From positions 1 through 29,335 of the forward strand of contig JAEOSU010000092.1 of NCBI GenBank assembly GCA_016840165.1: 29,335 nucleotides of DNA, given 5' to 3'. Each line of letters opens with the position of its first letter. The stretch's first letter is position 1. Shown piece by piece: positions 17,341 to 26,610 of the stretch. The notes under the pieces were generated by a model. The model was not told the origin of the DNA. It worked only from the letters and a program-made list of their open reading frames with translations, and ran no database searches. A program made the translations under genes and the position numbers. This stretch comes from Promethearchaeota archaeon. Its GTDB lineage: Archaea; Asgardarchaeota; Lokiarchaeia; Sigyniarchaeales; SOKP01.

Positions 17341-18102
17341 TTAAAATTTTCCGTGTTTTGCTTTCCCAACAGTAAATTCTTTACTCCCCTCAAGGTATTC
17401 TCCACTTTCCAAAGTGTTAAGTCCAAATTCAAACTCAAGTTCCATTGCATCTTCAATGTTCATCCCGAATTGGGTATAAACTGAAAGACGATCATTTCGC
17501 ATGCATGTTGTAGGAAATTCTGCAATTTCTTTAGCTAACTGTTCTGCTTTTTCTCGTGATTGACCATTATCAACGAGTCGATTTGCTAGACCCCATTGGT
17601 ATGCTTCTTGAGCAGTTATTGGACGTCCCGTTAAGATCATATCAAGTGCACGGCTCATCCCAATCAATCGAGGCAGTCTTACTGTACCTCCATCAATTAA
17701 TGGTACCCCAAATCGACGGCAAAATACTCCAAAAATAGCTGTTTTTTCTACAACTCGTAAATCACACCATAGTGCAAGCTCCAAACCTCCTGCTACGGCA
17801 TATCCTGCAATAGCAGCAATTACTGGTTTGGTTAATAGCATTCTTGTTGGTCCCATAGGACCATCTCCATCTCTTTCGATTCTATTACCTCTTCCTTCTG
17901 AGATTGCCTTAAGATTTGCTCCAGAACAAAAATCTCCGTTTGATCCCCATAAGACTGCCACTAGAGCTTTATTATCCCTCTCAAATAGTTGAAATGCATC
18001 TACAAGCTTTCGAGCTGTTTCTCCATCTACGGCATTTTTTACTTCAGGGTTATCAATGATAACGGTAAATACTGGATAATTACGATCAATTTTTATTGAC
18101 AT
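17341..18102 (-). CDS. Enoyl-CoA hydratase/isomerase (crotonase) family protein
   Basis: Motifs FCSGANL, KPVIAAIAGYAVAGGLELALWCD and FGVFCRRFGVPLIDGG. ATG 18102 is preferred over the upstream TTG at 18126. Confidence 0.92.
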   Translation of the reverse strand: MSIKIDRNYPVFTVIIDNPEVKNAVDGETARKLVDAFQLFERDNKALVAVLWGSNGDFCSGANLKAISEGRGNRIERDGDGPMGPTRMLLTKPVIAAIAGYAVAGGLELALWCDLRVVEKTAIFGVFCRRFGVPLIDGGTVRLPRLIGMSRALDMILTGRPITAQEAYQWGLANRLVDNGQSREKAEQLAKEIAEFPTTCMRNDRLSVYTQFGMNIEDAMELEFEFGLNTLESGEYLEGSKEFTVGKAKHGKF

Positions 18103-18429
18103 AAGAAAATTAGAATTTTGAATCAAATAAACTTATATCAATTAAATTTATAATATCAAAAATCAAATTTCTATGATTAAATCTAAAAATTAGTGTTTTC
18201 TCTCTGATTAGATAAGTTTTATTATTTATAGAAAATAACTTTATAATCCGTCTTCCATTTTTTCTGATTAATTCTAATAAATCAACTCTTCTTTTGCAAA
18301 GCAATAGTATTAAAAAGGAATACTTTCACTACGTAGATATATTAACAGGGTTAATAAATAATCATTGAATTTTCTCAAGATAGAGTTAGAGAAATTTTTA
18401 GAACTGATAGGTAAAGGTGATTAAAGATA

Positions 18430-19038
18430 GTGAAATATTTAAATGTTCTTTCGGTATTAGCGATTCCAATGTTTTTATTAGGCTTAGCAATTGCACTTAT
18501 TATAGCTAGTCTCTTAGGAAATTTTAGTATTTTCTTTAATACAATAAGTGAATTAGGATCATATGCCCATACACCTTATCCAATAATAATTAATGCTACC
18601 TTTATGATTTCTCCTTTTTTTCTGTCTTTTTTCTTTCTGAAATTATTTAAAATAGTTCGTCATCATGTAAAAAATGATAAACATACCAATAATTTAACGA
18701 CATTTGGATTTTCTTTGTTCTGTCTTATGAATTTAGCTTTCATTTTTGTTGGTATCTTTAATGTTGATATCTCTCTTTTAATTCATTTAATTTGCACGAT
18801 TATCGTTTTTGTCCCATTGATATTCGGAGAAATTATTATGGGAGCAATTATCTTAAAAAAGAAAATATTTCATCCATATTATCCTCTAGCGATGATCTTT
18901 GGTCACTTCACGGTATCAATGTTTTATTTTGTAACTCAGGCTCCTATACTTGAGTGGATTGTATTTTTTGTATTAATGTTATGGGGAATACCTTTATCCA
19001 TTTTAATTGTAAGGAAAGATTTTGAACCAAAGATATAA
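18430..19038 (+). CDS. DUF998/Frag1-like membrane protein
   Basis: About 6 TM helices, 'NTISELG', 'VGIF' and a conserved His. SD AGGTGA before the GTG start. Confidence 0.72.
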   Translation: MKYLNVLSVLAIPMFLLGLAIALIIASLLGNFSIFFNTISELGSYAHTPYPIIINATFMISPFFLSFFFLKLFKIVRHHVKNDKHTNNLTTFGFSLFCLMNLAFIFVGIFNVDISLLIHLICTIIVFVPLIFGEIIMGAIILKKKIFHPYYPLAMIFGHFTVSMFYFVTQAPILEWIVFFVLMLWGIPLSILIVRKDFEPKI

Positions 19039-19115
19039 TTATATTCAAAATCTAATTAAAATATAATCCTATATCTCTAAATTTTAAAAAAAATAAACAA
19101 TAAAAAATAGTAATA

Positions 19116-20204
19116 TTATTTTTGATTGACTAAGTATTCATTCATTTCAACAAATGAGCTAGTTCTAATAAGCGCTGCTTTCAGGAATTGAAAACCTATA
19201 TCATATGTGGAACCATCCCCACCAATATGAATTACGTAGGGCACTTCTCCTTCGAAATATCCCTTTGATTTTAGGATTTTGTATGAAGTGCTAATTGCAT
19301 CCGCAATCGTAGCTCCTGATTCGAAAAGATGATGGACCCATGGAACTTTCCAAGAGGTTACGAAATCTTTGGAAGTTGATACCTCTGAACAACTAGTGTT
19401 ATTAACATAGATCATATTATTCCCACTTACCGCATAAGCTGCGGTAGCCATTTGGTTAAGTACCATTCCTGCCCCGCAACCTGGACATAGTCCATGGCCT
19501 GGAAGCAAGTGTTCTTGCGGCTCCAACTTCTTTCGATTCACTCGATAAATATCTATTGGTTTTTCTGCGCCAAAAGCTTCAATTAACTTTTTGAGTCTGT
19601 TATTCCTTAGTTCTGTTAAATGGATAATTTCATCGATTTCTCGTTCCAAGAATTTCGGTTTAAATAGATGCTTGAATCGACCCATTGATTTAAGATATTC
19701 TATGAATTTTTCTTTATCAACATCTAATCCCCGATAATAAGAGAATTTTAGAACTCCTTCTTTTACTCTAATAGTATAAAGAGGCCAATAACCACAATCA
19801 GTTGCCAATTTTGAAATAGCTAAAGCATCACTTGCCCCGTGTCTCCACCCTCGCATGCAATCTGAATAACTTTGAATGAAAGCGGAGCCATTTGTTTTTA
19901 ACGCTTCAGCAATTTTTCCCATGAAATCGTTAGGATATGCAGGATTTGCGGTTGCTAAAAAGAGTGATTTTGTACCGAAAAACGCGAACGGAGTCACAAG
20001 ATCTTGTTTAATACCAATTTTTCCCGGGATTTTCTCGCCTCCTGGGCCTGTTGTGGTACTGGCAAAGGGAGGGGTTCCTCCTGATTCTTGGATGCCCGTA
20101 TTCATAAAAGCTTCGTTATCATAATTAAAGAAAAGAACATTGCTTTTTTCGTCTTTCGCAAGAATATCTTCAAATTTTATTATATTCCGTTCTGGTTGCG
20201 ACAT
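19116..20204 (-). CDS. porB: 2-oxoacid (pyruvate/ketoisovalerate-type):ferredoxin oxidoreductase beta subunit, circularly permuted
   Basis: YDNEAFMNTGIQ, DCMRGW and GRFKHL come before GHGLCPGCG, NTSC and GGDGSTYDIG. Start ATG 20204 lies 1 nt after the porA stop, with SD GGAGTGG. Confidence 0.88.
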   Translation of the reverse strand: MSQPERNIIKFEDILAKDEKSNVLFFNYDNEAFMNTGIQESGGTPPFASTTTGPGGEKIPGKIGIKQDLVTPFAFFGTKSLFLATANPAYPNDFMGKIAEALKTNGSAFIQSYSDCMRGWRHGASDALAISKLATDCGYWPLYTIRVKEGVLKFSYYRGLDVDKEKFIEYLKSMGRFKHLFKPKFLEREIDEIIHLTELRNNRLKKLIEAFGAEKPIDIYRVNRKKLEPQEHLLPGHGLCPGCGAGMVLNQMATAAYAVSGNNMIYVNNTSCSEVSTSKDFVTSWKVPWVHHLFESGATIADAISTSYKILKSKGYFEGEVPYVIHIGGDGSTYDIGFQFLKAALIRTSSFVEMNEYLVNQK

Positions 20205-20205
20205 T

Positions 20206-21435
20206 TTAGCTATCCACTCCATAAAGTTTGTCTTTTTTCTCTCGAACGCCGAGATACATATATAATTTCCCTTTCATATCAGACACATTTTCCATTTTCT
20301 TTTTCGCAACGTCAAACTCATCTCTAGTCACGTCCCGTCCACCTAACCCAACGATAAAGCTTCGAAAAATGGTCTTAAGAGGGTATAACGCTGAGGCAAT
20401 GGTCATCGAAAATGGTGGGAGCATTCCATTCAATGAGTCTGATTTTTCTAAAATAATCAATTTCTCAAGATTGTGCTCCTCAATAATTTTTTGTAGTTCT
20501 AAGTAAGGGAATGGTCTAAAGGTTCGAATTTTAATCAGACCGATATCTTTATTTTTTGTCATCCAACTTACAATATTTCCGCACATTGACCCCATAGTAA
20601 TAAATGCTGTTTTCGAAGAATTATCTAAATTATACGTCTCTATCATATGATATTCTCTACCTGTCGCTTTTCCGAATTCCTTAAACGCATTCTGCATAAT
20701 ATTTAATACCGGTTCTTTTGCCTCATCAAGATTTTTTCTACCTTCCATAAAAAAGCTTGGAGTGACAATTCCTCCCCATGTTCCAGGATGTTTTGTATTG
20801 ATCGTATGTCTTGGCTTTCTTGGAGTTAGTTTTCGGACAATCTCATCAGGGATCAAGGTTAATTTCTGAACTGAATGCGAGATAATAAACCCATCATGTA
20901 CGAACATAGTTGGGAATAATGATTCATCAGAAATCATAACCGATAAAATAGCAGCATCGTAAGTTTCTTGGACATTTTCAGATACTAAAGTATTCCATCC
21001 CATTTCTGAGTTAGTTTCAGTAAATTCCCAAGAATTCCAAATTGAAAGATTAGGTGAGTTAAATGCTCGTGCTGAGATCATCATCGTTAATGGGACACGC
21101 CATCCAACTGCCATTGGTAAGGCCTCTGTCATAAGTAAATAGCCTTGAGAAGCCGTGGCAGTAAAAGTTCTTGCACCAACTGCGCAAGCTGCGGTAGAAT
21201 AAGAGATAGCTGCCAATTCAGATTCTACATTGACAAATGCAGCTTTTAACCTTCCTTGATTTACTACATCAGATAGACCCTCAACCGCTTGTGTTTGAGG
21301 TGTAATAGGAAACGCACAGATGACGTCTGGATCCGTTTGCGTAACCGCACCCGCGACAGCATAATTCCCTATCATGGTCGTAACAATTGGCTCTTTAATT
21401 TCCTTGAAAAATAATCTCATTGGTTCAATAGACAT
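20206..21435 (-). CDS. porA: 2-oxoacid:ferredoxin oxidoreductase alpha subunit
   Basis: Motifs FPITPQT, VESE, TATASQG, DGFIISH, RTFRPFP and GLGGRD. SD GGAGGT supports ATG 21435. Confidence 0.92.
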   Translation of the reverse strand: MSIEPMRLFFKEIKEPIVTTMIGNYAVAGAVTQTDPDVICAFPITPQTQAVEGLSDVVNQGRLKAAFVNVESELAAISYSTAACAVGARTFTATASQGYLLMTEALPMAVGWRVPLTMMISARAFNSPNLSIWNSWEFTETNSEMGWNTLVSENVQETYDAAILSVMISDESLFPTMFVHDGFIISHSVQKLTLIPDEIVRKLTPRKPRHTINTKHPGTWGGIVTPSFFMEGRKNLDEAKEPVLNIMQNAFKEFGKATGREYHMIETYNLDNSSKTAFITMGSMCGNIVSWMTKNKDIGLIKIRTFRPFPYLELQKIIEEHNLEKLIILEKSDSLNGMLPPFSMTIASALYPLKTIFRSFIVGLGGRDVTRDEFDVAKKKMENVSDMKGKLYMYLGVREKKDKLYGVDS

Positions 21436-21436
21436 A

Positions 21437-22450
21437 TTAATTACCTCCTTCCTGTTCTTCAGGCACTGCACATGCTGCAGGACCTTGTCTTAGTTTCTTA
21501 CTGATGGCATCTACCGGACATACTTCTAAGCAGTTTAAGCAGGATTTGCAATGAAAGTGGTCGATCCCTGCCATGTGCCATAATCCATCTTCTCCTTTTT
21601 TCCGTAAAATGGCAAAATCTGGGCAGATATACCAGCATTGTGCACAATCGGTACATTTTTCTTCATCCCAAATTACATCCCATTCGCCCCAGCTTCCTGT
21701 ATTTACTTGATCACTTCCCACATTTATAACATCCTCATCGCAATACCACACACCTGCAAGATCTAATTCCTTATATCCTGGTAAATCTAAATCCACTTGC
21801 TGCCATGGAACCTTATTATCAGTAGTAAAATCGGGATCTATTCCAATATCATACACGCATGTGTCCTCTACTGCTTGTTTAATAGCTTCAATATTAGTCC
21901 CAGCAATTTTCCCTACAAATCTACGCATAATAGCATCAGCCAATTCATCTACACTAAAGATATGGGATACTCTTATTAAAGCCCCTAAGATAATTGTATT
22001 CGTGATGTTTCTGCCTAAAATATCAAGCGCAATTCGAGTAGCATCAATAGTCGCGATACTTATATCCTTACGTCCAACTATTTGTTGAATAGATACTTGG
22101 TCTAATGTAGTATTTACTATGAGCCAGCCTCCTTTTGGTAATCCAGCAGTCACATCGATTTCTCCCAATAATGAAGGATCTAATACAGATACAAAGTGTG
22201 GAGAGTATACTTGTTCATTTGATCGGATGAGGTCTGCATTAGCGGAAAGCCTGACATAACTTTCAGTTGGGCTGCCCATTCGTTCAGCTCCGAATCTTGG
22301 CTGACATATACCATAGCCATAAAACGCTTCGACACATAAGTTTGAAGCAGTCACGCCTCCTTGGCCACCTCTTGCGTGAAATCGAAGATTGACCGTATTC
22401 TCTTTTAGAACTTCCTTGACTTTTTCCGGAGTTAACATTTGATTTTTCAC
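21437..22450 (-). CDS. porG: 2-oxoacid:ferredoxin oxidoreductase gamma-delta fusion subunit (2x[4Fe-4S])
   Basis: Gamma motifs RGGQGG, FGAERMGSP and NTIILGA. Delta motifs TGSW, CTDCAQCWYICP and CKSCLNCLEVCP. Confidence 0.9.
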   Translation of the reverse strand: MKNQMLTPEKVKEVLKENTVNLRFHARGGQGGVTASNLCVEAFYGYGICQPRFGAERMGSPTESYVRLSANADLIRSNEQVYSPHFVSVLDPSLLGEIDVTAGLPKGGWLIVNTTLDQVSIQQIVGRKDISIATIDATRIALDILGRNITNTIILGALIRVSHIFSVDELADAIMRRFVGKIAGTNIEAIKQAVEDTCVYDIGIDPDFTTDNKVPWQQVDLDLPGYKELDLAGVWYCDEDVINVGSDQVNTGSWGEWDVIWDEEKCTDCAQCWYICPDFAILRKKGEDGLWHMAGIDHFHCKSCLNCLEVCPVDAISKKLRQGPAACAVPEEQEGGN

Positions 22451-22664
22451 GTTGTAATTAGATTATTTATTTTCTTTATAGTACTTAGAGTAAAGTTTCA
22501 TCCAAAATTAAGCTTATCTATATAATCTATAAGAGTAGAATAAAATGAATGAAAGTTTGGAAAGAAATTTCAATAATAATCAAACAATCAAGTTTTTAGG
22601 AATTGCTTCTTTTTCAAGATCATTCAAGTTTTTGATCACCAAGCTTCTATAAGTGAATTAAGTA

Positions 22665-23981
22665 GTGTTGAAGTCAAACAAAAACAGGGTTAATGATAAG
22701 ATCACCCCTGATTTCATGCCAATGATCAGGATCGTTTTCTGGAATAGCATGGGGTTTTTCTTCTTTTGGTTTCTTGGTCAATTTGCAATTATTCAGCTTT
22801 TTGAAGCAACGCCAGCAGAATTAGGACTTTCATTTTCGGGGCAAACTTTCGGAGGTCTTTTAAGTGCTCCTATAGTCGGATATCTCACTGATAGAATGTC
22901 AAAAAAAATTTTAGTTTTAATTGGCAGTTTTGGCAGAGGGATTGCCTATATCGTCATGTACCTAGGTATTTTAATATCCTTATTACCAGTATTCGCATTT
23001 GGCTTGTTCTTTTTAGGGTTCTTCGTCGGTTTCTTTTGGAGTCCTTTAGATGCCCTCATAGCTCAAAAATCTCATAAAACATATAGATCCTCTGCATTTG
23101 GAATTCAAGGAGGCATGCTAGGATGGGGGAATCTTACTGGATCTGCCTTGAGCATATTTATTTTTCTGATAACAAATATACTCGTACCTAATAATGCTTT
23201 TTTAGTCTATAGTCCTCTAGTTTTATTTATGATTTCAAATGTCTACGCAGGAATAATATTCAATAAAAATGTGGATGAGGACTTAACTTATGAAATATAT
23301 ACTAATAATCTTTCTGAAAATGAGGAGATAACAAATAAAAATAAGGTAAAAATAACAGAATATGAAGAAACACATCAGGATACAAGAAAAAGTCTTTTAA
23401 ATTTCTACTTAGGATTTTCAATTTTAGTTCTGGCGATCTTAACGATCAATATAAATCAAACTATTGCACCCCCCTTTTTTATGTTATATCTGAATGATGA
23501 AATCGGTGTAGTAAATCCAATCGCAATCATGTTAATTTATCTTCCTTCTCAAATCATATCTTTATTATTGGCTCCAAAAATGGGAAAAATAGCTGATAAA
23601 ATAAGTCCTATTATTGGCATCATATTAGTAAGTGGATTTGGGGCATTAGTTACCTTTTTGATCATAAATAGTGTAAATGGATTGATGTTTGCAATAATAT
23701 TATTACTAGACTCTACATTCGCTTGGGCGGGAAACCTAATTATCCAAAACGTCACCAGTCGGATTTCTAAAATGCATCGAGGCAAGGTTTTTGGCTTAGC
23801 ACGATGGATGAGTTTTATTGGGGCGGTAATCGGCCCGCTTATAGGAGGATGGACCTATGCAGAATTTGGTTCCACCACTCCATTTGTAATTTCGATTTTT
23901 GTTGAACTTTCGGTTATTCCACTCTATATATCAGCCATCAAGTTCTTGAAACCTCATATGGCTGAAAAATTAGAAGATTAA
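22665..23981 (+). CDS. MFS transporter
   Basis: 12 TM helices in a 6+6 arrangement, motif A GYLTDRMSKK, and GKIADK. Confidence 0.9.
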   Translation: MLKSNKNRVNDKITPDFMPMIRIVFWNSMGFFFFWFLGQFAIIQLFEATPAELGLSFSGQTFGGLLSAPIVGYLTDRMSKKILVLIGSFGRGIAYIVMYLGILISLLPVFAFGLFFLGFFVGFFWSPLDALIAQKSHKTYRSSAFGIQGGMLGWGNLTGSALSIFIFLITNILVPNNAFLVYSPLVLFMISNVYAGIIFNKNVDEDLTYEIYTNNLSENEEITNKNKVKITEYEETHQDTRKSLLNFYLGFSILVLAILTININQTIAPPFFMLYLNDEIGVVNPIAIMLIYLPSQIISLLLAPKMGKIADKISPIIGIILVSGFGALVTFLIINSVNGLMFAIILLLDSTFAWAGNLIIQNVTSRISKMHRGKVFGLARWMSFIGAVIGPLIGGWTYAEFGSTTPFVISIFVELSVIPLYISAIKFLKPHMAEKLED

Positions 23982-23992
23982 TTTAACTAGCT

Positions 23993-24967
23993 TTATTCAA
24001 AATATCGTTTAAACGTTCTAGATATTAAAAAGTTAAACCATTGTTTATAATCTTCAATTTTAGCGCCTTTTAACAATTTAAGATCCCAAGAACCATCCTC
24101 TAATTGATAATTTTTAAACCAATCTAAAGCCTTTAAGATTTGTGGATGAGAGTTTTTGAATCCTATAAAATAAAGTGAATCTAAGGCAGAAAGTAAATCA
24201 GTAAACCAAAAGGGAAAGGTAAATTTTGTCCAATAACTTATATCACGTCGATCGGGATAATTATCACTCTCAAAAAACTTGGATAATAATAATTTACCAG
24301 CTGAGATAACTGAAGATTTATTTTGATATTTAGAATGAGCTGCAAATGCTCTTAGAACTACACCAGTAATCATATAAGAAAAGGGTTTAGTTCTATTTGG
24401 TTGAAGTACCTTTTTAGAATTAACTACGTCTTTATATTTCGCGTTGTTTGTCCGTATCGGAACAGCCCATCCACCATCATTTTGTCTCATTGAGAGGAGC
24501 CATTGAAGACCATTTTCAATATGATGATCTTCTTGATACCCAGTTTTAATTAGTAGTTCAAGAATAGCTGCTGTATAGTTAGGAGAGTATTGATTGCCAT
24601 ATATTCCTCGAATATCCCCTTCTTCAGTTTGAAAAGAAAAGATATAATTAGCGGCATTTTGAATAGAAGAATGTGATTTATTAAACCCAAATAATTCAGT
24701 TAAAAATCCTAATTGCCTATAAGTTTCTAATAAATTATAATTTTCTGGAGAACGGATATCTTTTTTACCCCCAGGATATTTCCATGACCCATCTTCTTGT
24801 TGCTTTTTTATTATTTTATAAGCATGTTCTGATTCCCAAAGCGTTTTCAATGGTCCTGGATTCACTTCTAGAAGATCTTTTTCTATAAAATAGTGAAGTG
24901 CACTACTCTTGGTTGATTCTAAGAAAGGTATAGGATCAAAATTCAAATATTCTTTCCATCGATTCAT
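23993..24967 (-). CDS. Prenyltransferase/squalene-cyclase-repeat (alpha/alpha toroid) protein of unknown function
   Basis: QW-type repeats QQEDGSW, QTEEG, RQNDGGW and QLEDGSW. SD GGTGA. Confidence 0.75.
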   Translation of the reverse strand: MNRWKEYLNFDPIPFLESTKSSALHYFIEKDLLEVNPGPLKTLWESEHAYKIIKKQQEDGSWKYPGGKKDIRSPENYNLLETYRQLGFLTELFGFNKSHSSIQNAANYIFSFQTEEGDIRGIYGNQYSPNYTAAILELLIKTGYQEDHHIENGLQWLLSMRQNDGGWAVPIRTNNAKYKDVVNSKKVLQPNRTKPFSYMITGVVLRAFAAHSKYQNKSSVISAGKLLLSKFFESDNYPDRRDISYWTKFTFPFWFTDLLSALDSLYFIGFKNSHPQILKALDWFKNYQLEDGSWDLKLLKGAKIEDYKQWFNFLISRTFKRYFE

Positions 24968-24987
24968 TTAATATTCACCACTTATTA

Positions 24988-25905
24988 TTAAATAAATTGT
25001 TTAAACCAGCTAATGGGTAGTTCATTTTCAATTTCTTTTAAAAAATTTGTAATTGATATTATTCCTAAATCTGAGATTATCCCTTCAATATACTCTGGTG
25101 GAGTGATATCAAAATAATAATTCTCAATGGAGAGTTTTGGATTATACTTATCAAATATTTCATTTTTAGGCTTCTTAACTATTTCTACGGGTAAATCAAA
25201 ATGACTTCTTAGATTGTATTTAAATGTATCTCCGATTGCATAGACGGGCTTTTTATTACTTTTTGCTAGTACAGAGAGTGGATACGTACCAATCTTATTA
25301 ATGATAGAACCATCTCTTAAGATACTGTCAATACCAATGAACACCATATCAATTTCATTAATAAATTTGCCCATGGCAGCATCAACAATTAAGTGAGTTT
25401 CATATTTCTCAGAAAGCTCTTGGGCTACTTTTCGACCTTCTAATTTTGGTCTTGATTCTAATATATATACTATAAAGTTAAGGTCTTTAGTTTTTAGTAG
25501 CAAGTTTAAAACCGTAGAGCTATAGGAAATTAACATAATTCTTGGTTCAGAAAGATCCATTTTAGTAAGGAGTGTTTTGAAATTTAGTTCCAATAATGAT
25601 TTTTTTCTTTTTTGCTCATCATAATAGCCTTTTATTGCATTAACTATTGATTCTTTTGTAAATTTATCTAGGGAGGTAATAATATAACCAATCGAATTGA
25701 TTAGAGGCGCCATACTGGGTCTCGCTTTAATGAATTTATGTGCTAAATCATAGAGCAATTCCTTTAAGTCCATATTAGGGCTTTCAATTAGGTTTAGTTG
25801 ATTTTGAATTATATTTATTGCTTTTAAAGCAAGCTCATTGGCTCCAGAGCTTGTATCACGTTTGAGCTCATCAATCTGCGAAATAATTGATTCTGGGATC
25901 TCCAT
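24988..25905 (-). CDS. eIF-2B alpha/beta/delta family protein (aIF-2B-like)
   Basis: Motifs SGA, RPSMA, SYSSTV, ESRPKLEG, GIDSILRDGSIINKIGT and FDITP. Confidence 0.88.
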   Translation of the reverse strand: MEIPESIISQIDELKRDTSSGANELALKAINIIQNQLNLIESPNMDLKELLYDLAHKFIKARPSMAPLINSIGYIITSLDKFTKESIVNAIKGYYDEQKRKKSLLELNFKTLLTKMDLSEPRIMLISYSSTVLNLLLKTKDLNFIVYILESRPKLEGRKVAQELSEKYETHLIVDAAMGKFINEIDMVFIGIDSILRDGSIINKIGTYPLSVLAKSNKKPVYAIGDTFKYNLRSHFDLPVEIVKKPKNEIFDKYNPKLSIENYYFDITPPEYIEGIISDLGIISITNFLKEIENELPISWFKQFI

Positions 25906-25958
25906 AATATTCTTAAATTAAGCTTTTTATCAAATTTAGAATATATTTGATTTTTTAT

Positions 25959-26459
25959 TTATTTTGACATCTTATCTGCGATTTTTACATAATCAGGAAT
26001 AAAATTAGTCTTTAACAGATTTGAGTTACCTGCAGCTATCAATTGACCATTCATATCAAATATTTCAGCAGTCATATGGATTATATTTCTTCCTTCTCTG
26101 ATAACCTTTCCGATAACCCGCACATTCTCTCCAACTTTTACTTTACCCAAGAAGTCTACATGAAAATCTATGCTAATTGGAAAACCTTCATAACCAAGGG
26201 TCGTGGAAGTTATTCCTATACAATCATCCATTAAGCCGCATTGCATCCCTCCATGTAATAAACCAGTAGGATTGGCCATTTCCGGACGAACGAGAAATTC
26301 CAATTCCATCTCCCCGCGTTTTACCCTAATTATTTTGTAATTCAACCATTTTGAGAATGGTGGAGCGGGAAAATCTTTCATTTCTTTTCCTTTGTAATCA
26401 TTAAATAGTTTAACCATTCTTTGGGAGCGCTTTTCAATCTTTTCATCTAATTTAGACAT
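25959..26459 (-). CDS. PaaI-family hot-dog thioesterase
   Basis: Motif NPTGLLHGG...MDD. Confidence 0.9.
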   Translation of the reverse strand: MSKLDEKIEKRSQRMVKLFNDYKGKEMKDFPAPPFSKWLNYKIIRVKRGEMELEFLVRPEMANPTGLLHGGMQCGLMDDCIGITSTTLGYEGFPISIDFHVDFLGKVKVGENVRVIGKVIREGRNIIHMTAEIFDMNGQLIAAGNSNLLKTNFIPDYVKIADKMSK

Positions 26460-26610
26460 GGGAAATTAGCTATATTTTATGATTTGTTATTGTAAAAGAT
26501 GTATTGCCGTTATTAATCATTGGTCTTATAAAACCTAAATTGGATTAATATAAACTATTAAAAAAATCAAGTATTTTACTAATCAATTAACCTTTACTAT
26601 TTCTGTTGAC

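Noticed and set aside
18110-18304. 64-aa minus-strand ORF upstream of the crotonase
   Set aside because: AT-rich, TTG start without SD, no recognisable motif. It cannot be supported as coding.
23993-24967. Possibility that the prenyltransferase-repeat protein prenylates the Rab-like GTPases
   Set aside because: Neither GTPase has a C-terminal Cys. The protein lacks the Zn-binding DxC of prenyltransferase beta subunits and the DxDD of squalene cyclases.
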